Assembly (NCBI GenBank): GCA_964429775.1
Contig: CAYSDJ010000008.1
Location: 4,261-68,260 of the forward strand
DNA length: 64,000 bases
Origin: an uncultured Rhizobiaceae bacterium
Lineage (GTDB): Bacteria > Pseudomonadota > Alphaproteobacteria > UBA828
Direction: 5' to 3'
The position numbers and the translations under genes were made by a program. Of the stretch, positions 57,576 through 64,000 are shown piece by piece (positions within the stretch are counted from its first letter, which is position 1; every line of letters starts with the position of its first letter). The notes below the pieces were generated by a model. The model had not been told where the DNA came from, searched no databases, and saw only the letters and a program-made list of their open reading frames with translations.

Positions 57576-58745
57576 TCAAAGAGAGAAGCGTTGCATTGAA
57601 AACGGCGCCAGCAGGCCGGGCTTGCCGCTGGTGACGAAATTGGCGACCGCCTCGCCGACCGCCGGGCCGAGCTTGAAACCGTGCCCGCTTGAGCCGCAGA
57701 CGACAAACAGCCCTTCGGCTCCCGGCACGCGGTCGATAATCGGCATATCGTCCGGGCTCATGTCGTAGACGCAGGCGTGGCCCGGCTTGATGCCGAGCTC
57801 GGCCAGTTTCGGCATGCGGGTGAGGAAGGTCTCAAGAATCTCGACGGATTCATCGTCGCTCACGGTTTGCGAATATCCATCGGCCTTGCTTATGAGCTTG
57901 CCACGTTCGGTGTCCTGGTTGCGTTCGCCGGTGCCGCCGCCCGGCCACGAGCCCAAATACAAGGCATCCTCGCCGTCGGGCCGGCTGTAATTCATGAACA
58001 AATTATCGGCCCACATAAACGGCATATGTTTGCGCGCCGTTCCCGGCGCATCCAAAACGGCGACCGTGGCGCGCTCGATGGTGAGCGGCAGTTCGACGCC
58101 AAGCTCGGCGATCAACGGTTTTGTCCAGACACCGGCGGCCGAAACCACCATATCGGCGGCGATACGCACGCCGTCTTCAAGCTCGACACCGGCAATATTG
58201 CCGCCCTCAACAATGAGGCTGCGCACGCGGGAATTTGTCCGAAGCTCAACGCCGCGTTTGGCGGCGCCCCTGGCGAAGGCACTGGTCGCGCTATAGGGAT
58301 CGATATACCCGGCCGAGGGTTCCCACACCGCCATCGCCACACCGTCCCAATGATAATCGGGCATAAGTTTTTCGAATTCATCCGGCGGCAGCGATTCAAT
58401 CGGCGTGCCCTCGTCGCGCACGCGGTCGACCGCATCGCCGAATAATGTGGCGGAATCGGGGTCCACCGCCCACGCCAACCCGACTTCCTGAAAATGGATG
58501 CCTTCACCGGTCAGTTCGGGAATTTGCCGCAGAAGATCGGTGCCGCGCGCCGCAAGCTGCGACAATTCGGGCATCAGATAGAAAGAATGGCAACAGGCGG
58601 TGGAATTGCCGCTCGGCCCCGAGGCCGGATGCTCACGCTCCAGCAAGGTTGTCTTGACGCCGAGCCCGGCAAGATGAAAGGCCGTACTGGCACCGGCGAT
58701 TCCAGCGCCGATGACGATCGCCTCGGTGGTCGAAATATCACTCAT
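57576..58745 (-). CDS. FAD-dependent oxidoreductase (DAO family; sarcosine/D-amino-acid oxidase-like)
   Basis: ATG at 58745 (MSDISTTEAIVIGAGIAGASTA, a GxGxxG Rossmann motif). The C-terminal DAO region ends ...GHGFKLGP. Confidence 0.8.
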   Translation of the reverse strand: MSDISTTEAIVIGAGIAGASTAFHLAGLGVKTTLLEREHPASGPSGNSTACCHSFYLMPELSQLAARGTDLLRQIPELTGEGIHFQEVGLAWAVDPDSATLFGDAVDRVRDEGTPIESLPPDEFEKLMPDYHWDGVAMAVWEPSAGYIDPYSATSAFARGAAKRGVELRTNSRVRSLIVEGGNIAGVELEDGVRIAADMVVSAAGVWTKPLIAELGVELPLTIERATVAVLDAPGTARKHMPFMWADNLFMNYSRPDGEDALYLGSWPGGGTGERNQDTERGKLISKADGYSQTVSDDESVEILETFLTRMPKLAELGIKPGHACVYDMSPDDMPIIDRVPGAEGLFVVCGSSGHGFKLGPAVGEAVANFVTSGKPGLLAPFSMQRFSL

Positions 58746-58896
58746 CTCATGTCCAATTCTTGTTGCAAAACCGGCTTGGCAGCGAGCGTCGCACCGGGCA
58801 GGCCTCTGGACTTTGACTTGAATCAATCGCCCCCGGCAAGTGCCGCGCAATCATGCCCTGGCCGGGAACGGCATTGCACTGAAAGGGTGGAGAGAC

Positions 58897-60156
58897 ATGA
58901 TGAATATAGATGACGTCGTCGCCATGCTCGACGAGGGCAAGCTCATCAGCCTGTTGCGCAGTCTGATCAAGATCCCGTCCTATATCGGCGAGGAGGATGA
59001 CAAGGCGGATTTCGTCCAACATCATTTGGAACGCATGGGGCTGGAGATTGTCGAGATGGTGCTGCCGACGGCGGATTCCCATCGCCGCCGCAATGTGCTC
59101 GGCATCGAACGCGGCAGCCAGCCAGGCAAGAATGTCATGCTCTGTGCCCATCTCGATACGCACTGGCCCTCGGCCAATCATTTCTCGGCGCACGACGCAC
59201 TTGTTCAGGATGGCAAGATTTACGGCATCGGCACCGGCGACAGTTTAACACCCATGGCGGCGCTGCTGAGCGCCATCGACACCGTTAAGCGCGCCGGCGT
59301 GCCGATCAAAGGTGACCTTATTTTTGCTGCCACCGTGGATGAGCTTGGCCACAAGCAGGGTGGCCAGATGATCGGCGAGAGCGGCATGAAGATCGATATC
59401 TGCCTCGAAGGTGATGTCGGCAGCCCGATGGAGGTGTTCATCTGTCATACCGGCAAGGTGGAAGTCGAAATCCGCACCAAGGGCTCGTCGGGATTCATCA
59501 TCGGCGCCTTTTCCGAGCGCGCCGGCCACCAGACCGTCAACGCCGTCGTCTCGATGAACAAAATCATCAACATTCTGCAAAAAATGAAGGAGGAAGACCC
59601 CTACTTCCAGGTCACGCATCCGCTCCTGAACGGCACCGGCGCCGGCCTCCATATCGGGCCAATCATCGGCGGCTCGGTCGGCTTCGGCCTGCCGACGCGC
59701 CCGCCGGGAAAGGGACCGGGCGAGCATGGCGTCACCATTCCACTACCGACCTGGTGCAAGCTGCGCGTTGGCGGACGCTACTGGCCAGGTCAGACCGCGC
59801 AAGGCTTCGTCGATGCCGTAACGGCATGGGTCGAGAAGGTCAAAGCCGAGGATGACACCATCGAAGCCGAGATCGATTGCTATCTCGACAATGGCATCAC
59901 CGCCTGGGAGACCAGCGAGGATACCGAGGCAGTGAAGCTCATCAGCGACGCGGTCACACATATCCACGGCGAGAAACCGAAAATGGCCGGCATGATCGCC
60001 TCGCTCGAACTGCCGTTTTATGACCGCGCCGGCATCGATTGCGTCTCCTATGGCGGCAATACCCGGGTCGGCAGCCCGGACGAGCACACCACGGTGAAGG
60101 AACTGGTCGATCTCACCAAGGTCTATATCGCCTTCATCATGAAAGCCTGCACGTGA
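58897..60156 (+). CDS. M20-family metallopeptidase/deacylase (ArgE/DapE-like)
   Basis: HLDTHWP...GTGDS...E-rich dimerisation and metal-ligand pattern of M20. Confidence 0.8.
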   Translation: MMNIDDVVAMLDEGKLISLLRSLIKIPSYIGEEDDKADFVQHHLERMGLEIVEMVLPTADSHRRRNVLGIERGSQPGKNVMLCAHLDTHWPSANHFSAHDALVQDGKIYGIGTGDSLTPMAALLSAIDTVKRAGVPIKGDLIFAATVDELGHKQGGQMIGESGMKIDICLEGDVGSPMEVFICHTGKVEVEIRTKGSSGFIIGAFSERAGHQTVNAVVSMNKIINILQKMKEEDPYFQVTHPLLNGTGAGLHIGPIIGGSVGFGLPTRPPGKGPGEHGVTIPLPTWCKLRVGGRYWPGQTAQGFVDAVTAWVEKVKAEDDTIEAEIDCYLDNGITAWETSEDTEAVKLISDAVTHIHGEKPKMAGMIASLELPFYDRAGIDCVSYGGNTRVGSPDEHTTVKELVDLTKVYIAFIMKACT

Positions 60157-60168
60157 GGTAAGAGCAAA

Positions 60169-61389
60169 ATGGCCGGCGCCATCGCCCTGATCGCCACCCT
60201 CGATACCAAGGGTCCCGAAGTCAAATACCTCAAGGGCCGGATCGAGGAAAAAAGCGGCACGGTGCGCATCATCGATACCGGCATGCGCGGCACACCCCTG
60301 GCCGTCCAGGCCGATGTCGACCGCACCACGGTCGCAAACGCGGCAGGTTCGAGCATAGCCGAGATCGAAAAGCTTGAGCGCGGCCATGCCATCGATCTGA
60401 TGCGCCTTGGCTTGGTCAAGGTTCTGAGCGAGGAACATGCGCGCGGCGCCATCGCCGGCGTGCTGGCGATCGGCGGCCAGGACGGCGCCCTGCTGGCGGC
60501 GCACGCCATGCAGGCATTGCCGCTCGGCTTGCCGAAAATGATCGTGACGCCAATCGCGCAAGGCTCCGAGCCGTTCGGCCCGTATGTCGGCACCAGCGAT
60601 ATAATTGTCATGCATTCGGTCGTCGACATATTGGGCGTCAACGCGATCAGCAGAAAAATTTTCGACCAGGCAGCCGGCGCCATGCTGGGCGCGCTCGACA
60701 TGCGGGTCAATGTCGCGCTACCGCCCGGAAAGACAATCGCCGTGACCATGTATGGCAACACGACGCCGGTGGTGATGGTGGCCAAGCAGAAGCTGGAACA
60801 ACTCGGCTATGAAGTGATCGTCTTCCACCCCAACGGCACCGGCGGGCGGGCGATGGAAGAGATGATCGCGCGCGGCCTGTTTAGCGCCGTCCTCGACATG
60901 ACGACACATGAAGTGACCGACGAGCTATTCGGCGGCTTTCACGCCGGCGGGCCGGAACGCCTCGAGGTCGCCGGGCGCCACGGCGTGCCGCAACTGGTGG
61001 TGCCGGGTTGCGTCGATTTCATTATCCAGGGCGCGCAAAACGACCTGCCGGACAAATATAAAAACCGGCAAACCTATTATTTCAATCCCGAGGTGACGCT
61101 GGTGCGCCTCAGCCATTCAGAGATGCAAACGGTCGGCACCGTTATGGCCGAGAAACTGAACAAGGCCGAGGGTCCGGCCGGTGTGCTGATTCCGCTCGGC
61201 GGTTTTTCCGCCTACGCCCATGCTGGCGGCGCGCTCTACGATAACGCGGGCGACCGGAATTTCATCGAGAGCCTGAAGAAGCATCTGCGCCCCGGTATCC
61301 CCGTGGTCGAGTTCGACGCCCATATCAACGACCCGGCATTCGCCGAAAAGGCCGTGTCGATGCTGGTCGAAATCATGCCGGCGGAATAG
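60169..61389 (+). CDS. UPF0261 (Tm-1-like) family protein
   Basis: MAGAIALIATLDTKGPEV...GGFSA... Collinear with the UPF0261 family, about 405 aa. Confidence 0.65.
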   Translation: MAGAIALIATLDTKGPEVKYLKGRIEEKSGTVRIIDTGMRGTPLAVQADVDRTTVANAAGSSIAEIEKLERGHAIDLMRLGLVKVLSEEHARGAIAGVLAIGGQDGALLAAHAMQALPLGLPKMIVTPIAQGSEPFGPYVGTSDIIVMHSVVDILGVNAISRKIFDQAAGAMLGALDMRVNVALPPGKTIAVTMYGNTTPVVMVAKQKLEQLGYEVIVFHPNGTGGRAMEEMIARGLFSAVLDMTTHEVTDELFGGFHAGGPERLEVAGRHGVPQLVVPGCVDFIIQGAQNDLPDKYKNRQTYYFNPEVTLVRLSHSEMQTVGTVMAEKLNKAEGPAGVLIPLGGFSAYAHAGGALYDNAGDRNFIESLKKHLRPGIPVVEFDAHINDPAFAEKAVSMLVEIMPAE

Positions 61390-61393
61390 CGCT

Positions 61394-62155
61394 TCAGGTT
61401 TGCAATATCGCCTGGCTGGATCCCTGCAATACCAAGCAGGTCAGCGTGCCGCTCTCAAAAGCGCCGGTGTCGATGTTGATCCGGTTGGGCAGGAATTCCG
61501 GTGTCGGGTGCACGGTGTGGCCGTGCACGACGACACAGCCGTGATCATCCGAGCAATCGATGAATCCCTCGCGGGCAAAGGTCAAGTCATGGCGGGTCTG
61601 TTGATCGAGCGTGGCGCCGGGCCGGATACCGGCATGAACAAAAAGATAATCGCCTTCCATGTGCCAGGTTTTGAGTTCGCGCAGGAACGCTAAGTGTTTC
61701 TCCGGTACCGCACGGCGCAATTCTTCTTGAATGCCTTCAAAATTCTCGGCGCCGGGTGCGGCCAGGGCGGGCGTTACGCCGTAATTATCGAGCGTGTTCC
61801 GGCCGCCATATTTAAGCCATTGCGGCCCGATCGAGGTGTCATCCATGAAGCGCAGCAGGTAATCCTCATGATTGCCAACCAGATAGATCGTCTCGAAACC
61901 GTCGATGGGGCCGGACGACATAAATTCGAGCAACGCCCGCGCATCGCCGCCCCGGTCGATATAATCGCCAAGGAATATGATCTTGTTGCGGCCCGCGCCG
62001 CGGCTGTCACAGTCTATGGAAATCTTGTCGAGCATTTCCCTGAGCAGATCGAGGCGCCCATGCAGATCGCCGATGGCATAAAGGCGCACATCTTCCGGTA
62101 CGCTGGGCGCTTTCCCATTTTGTTTCTGCTGCATACCGAGGAGCGAATGCGCCAT
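61394..62155 (-). CDS. metallophosphoesterase (Ser/Thr phosphatase 1/ApaH-like)
   Basis: GDLHG, GDYIDRG and GNHE motifs. Confidence 0.8.
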   Translation of the reverse strand: MAHSLLGMQQKQNGKAPSVPEDVRLYAIGDLHGRLDLLREMLDKISIDCDSRGAGRNKIIFLGDYIDRGGDARALLEFMSSGPIDGFETIYLVGNHEDYLLRFMDDTSIGPQWLKYGGRNTLDNYGVTPALAAPGAENFEGIQEELRRAVPEKHLAFLRELKTWHMEGDYLFVHAGIRPGATLDQQTRHDLTFAREGFIDCSDDHGCVVVHGHTVHPTPEFLPNRINIDTGAFESGTLTCLVLQGSSQAILQT

Positions 62156-62177
62156 ATGCCGATCTATCGAGAAAAGC

Positions 62178-62252
62178 TGGCGACCCCTACGGGAATTGAA
62201 CCCGTGTCTCCACCTTGAAAGAGTGGTGTCCTAACCTCTAGACGAAGGGGTC
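62178..62252 (-). tRNA. tRNA-Glu (anticodon UUC)
   Basis: The minus-strand 75-nt sequence GACCCCTTCGTCTAGAGGTTAGGACACCACTCTTTCAAGGTGGAGACACGGGTTCAATTCCCGTAGGGGTCGCCA folds as a cloverleaf. It has a 7-bp acceptor stem, the anticodon loop CTTTCAA, and an encoded CCA. Confidence 0.85.
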
Positions 62253-62340
62253 TAAAGCCATGAGGCTAATTAGTCGGCTGGCGGCGTAAAATCAAGCTGA
62301 CAATTGGTGTTTAGGCGCTAATTCTTAAGAATCCGGCAAT

Positions 62341-64000
62341 TTAGGCGAAATCATCGCCTTGGGCCGGGGCTGCGTCCTGGATAATCAGTTGCGGGTCGTC
62401 GCGGTCCTGCCAGCGGTTGACCCGTAAATTACCCGCCAGATGAAGCGGTCCTTCGCTGGCCGAGAGCAGCATATGGCCGAGCTCCTCGCCGGCGGCGCGA
62501 AACGCTATCGCGGTCAGGCGCTGGCCGGTGGCGCCAGCCAGAATGCAGCGCACATGGCCCTTGCCGACGACATTGGCGCGCACGATGCGCGCGCCGCTCA
62601 CCACCATGCGCGGCTCGGAATTGCCTGAGCCGAACGGGCCGACCTGGGCCAGTTCTTCGATCAATTCCAGCGTCGCGCCCTCGACCGTAACTGCGCCGTC
62701 GATGCCGAGGCTGGCCGATTGGCGCGCCGCCTCGACTGAGGCAGCGAGACGTTCCATCAAGAACAGGCCCAAATCCGGTATTTTCTCCTCCGCCACGCTG
62801 AAGCCGGCCGCCATGGCATGGCCACCGCCATTGATTAGGAGATCGGCCTGGCGCGCCGCCGTGATCGCGGCGCCGATATCGACGCCGGGAATGGAGCGGC
62901 AACTCGCCTTGCCGATGCCCTTCTCAACCGCAATGACAATCGCCGGGTTGGAAAAGCGCTCCTTTAAGCGGCTGGCGACAATGCCGACAACACCCGGATG
63001 CCAGCCCTGGCCGGCGGCGATAACCACCGGCGCCGGCGTTTCGCCGCGCTCCTCGACCTGGGCGATTGCAGCTTCAAGAACATCCGCCTCGATCGCCTGG
63101 CGTTCCTTGTTAAGCTCATCAAGGTGGCGCGCGATGGCATGCGCGGCCTCAACGTCGGCGGTGGTGAGGAGGTTGATGCCGAGGCTCGATTCGCCGACCC
63201 GTCCGCCGGCATTGACGCGCGGGCCCAATATATAACCGGCATGATAGGCGTTCGGCGTTTCATTGATGCCGGCGCTGTCGGCCAATGCGGTGAGGCCGAG
63301 ATTGCCGCGCGCCGCCATCACTTTCAGACCCTGAACGGTGAGCGCCCGGTTGAGCCCGGTGAGCGGCACGACATCGCAAATCGTACCGAGCGCCACCAGG
63401 TCAAGGAGACCAAGCAAGTCGGGCTCCGGACAGGCATCGTCATAATGGCCGGCCTGGCGCAGCGCCCGGTTAAGCGCGACGAGCAACAGGAACGTTACGC
63501 CGACCGCCGCCAACTGACCCAAGCCGCTGTCGTCATCGAGCCGGTTGGGATTGACGATGGCCGTGGCTGCGGGCAGGCGCGCTTCGGCGATGTGGTGATC
63601 GACGACAATCACGGAGAGCCCGGCCTCCGCCGCCGTCTCCAGCGGTTCAAATGCGGAGATGCCGCAATCGACGGTGACGACGAGCGAAGCGCCCTGCTCT
63701 GCCAGCAACAGCAATGCCGGTGCGTTTGGACCGTAGCCCTCCGAAATCCGATCGGGAATGTAATAGCTGCCCTTGCCGCCGACGGTCTCAAGAAAGCGCA
63801 AAATTAAGGCACCCGAGGTGGCGCCATCGACATCGTAATCGCCGAACACGGCAATTTTTTCACCTGCCTGGATCGCCTCGGCAAGCCGCGCCGCCGCCTT
63901 GTCCATGTCGCGCAGTTGCGACGGATCGGGCAAGGCATCACGCAGTGCCGGATTGAGAAACGCTTCCGCATCCTCAGCGGCAATGTCGCGCGCCGCTAGA
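62341..64000 (-). CDS. recJ: single-stranded-DNA-specific exonuclease RecJ (5' end beyond window)
   Basis: DHH motifs (VFGDYDVDGATSGA, VVDHH) and a DHHA1 region. The frame stays open to nt 64000, so the N-terminus is truncated by the window edge. Confidence 0.85.
   Translation of the reverse strand, partial: LAARDIAAEDAEAFLNPALRDALPDPSQLRDMDKAAARLAEAIQAGEKIAVFGDYDVDGATSGALILRFLETVGGKGSYYIPDRISEGYGPNAPALLLLAEQGASLVVTVDCGISAFEPLETAAEAGLSVIVVDHHIAEARLPAATAIVNPNRLDDDSGLGQLAAVGVTFLLLVALNRALRQAGHYDDACPEPDLLGLLDLVALGTICDVVPLTGLNRALTVQGLKVMAARGNLGLTALADSAGINETPNAYHAGYILGPRVNAGGRVGESSLGINLLTTADVEAAHAIARHLDELNKERQAIEADVLEAAIAQVEERGETPAPVVIAAGQGWHPGVVGIVASRLKERFSNPAIVIAVEKGIGKASCRSIPGVDIGAAITAARQADLLINGGGHAMAAGFSVAEEKIPDLGLFLMERLAASVEAARQSASLGIDGAVTVEGATLELIEELAQVGPFGSGNSEPRMVVSGARIVRANVVGKGHVRCILAGATGQRLTAIAFRAAGEELGHMLLSASEGPLHLAGNLRVNRWQDRDDPQLIIQDAAPAQGDDFA

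Overview
This is high-GC DNA (about 60% GC or more) that looks alphaproteobacterial, possibly from the Rhodospirillales, and it is densely coding on both strands. Most of it is core chromosome, with a few regions that look accessory.

Core genes, in order (all named from translated motifs only):
- Fatty-acid activation and oxidation: an acyl-CoA synthetase and an acyl-CoA dehydrogenase.
- A PleD-like REC-REC-GGDEF protein whose catalytic and phospho-acceptor residues are degenerate.
- An AsmA-like large protein, divergent from a glnE, bcp and DUF455 run.
- An amiC, mrcA (PBP1A) and prfB cluster. prfB carries the classical programmed +1 frameshift, visible directly in the sequence. The cluster is divergent from rne (RNase E), which has a long 5' leader.
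- An aminotransferase and GGT pair, a BepA-like M48/TPR protease, a thiS-thiG fusion, and the aroQ-accB-accC-aat operon.
- An amidase, a His-rich COG0523 GTPase, a cyclase-family protein and a Crp-family regulator, all on one strand.
- Further right: nagK/nagA, cspA, assorted hydrolases and aminotransferases, tRNA-Glu(UUC), and the 3' part of recJ.

Most notable locus (42.0-45.9 kb):
- A cobalt-type nitrile hydratase / thiocyanate hydrolase superfamily cluster.
- It encodes an alpha subunit carrying the VCTLCSC claw motif.
- The beta subunit is split into two translationally coupled genes, N-half and C-half, as in toyocamycin nitrile hydratase and thiocyanate hydrolase.
- Two extra tandem full-length beta-like paralogues follow, resembling activator or accessory proteins; one has a His-rich insertion.
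- A DsrE/DsrF/DsrH (TusBCD)-like sulfur-carrier triad is transcribed divergently from the cluster.

Other unusual regions:
- Two AT-rich non-coding islands in otherwise GC-rich DNA, at about 25.9-26.25 kb and 34.9-35.6 kb.
- The second island sits next to a truncated methyl-accepting chemotaxis protein 3' remnant that still has its own intrinsic terminator.

No CRISPR array, IS element, integrase or rRNA was found.
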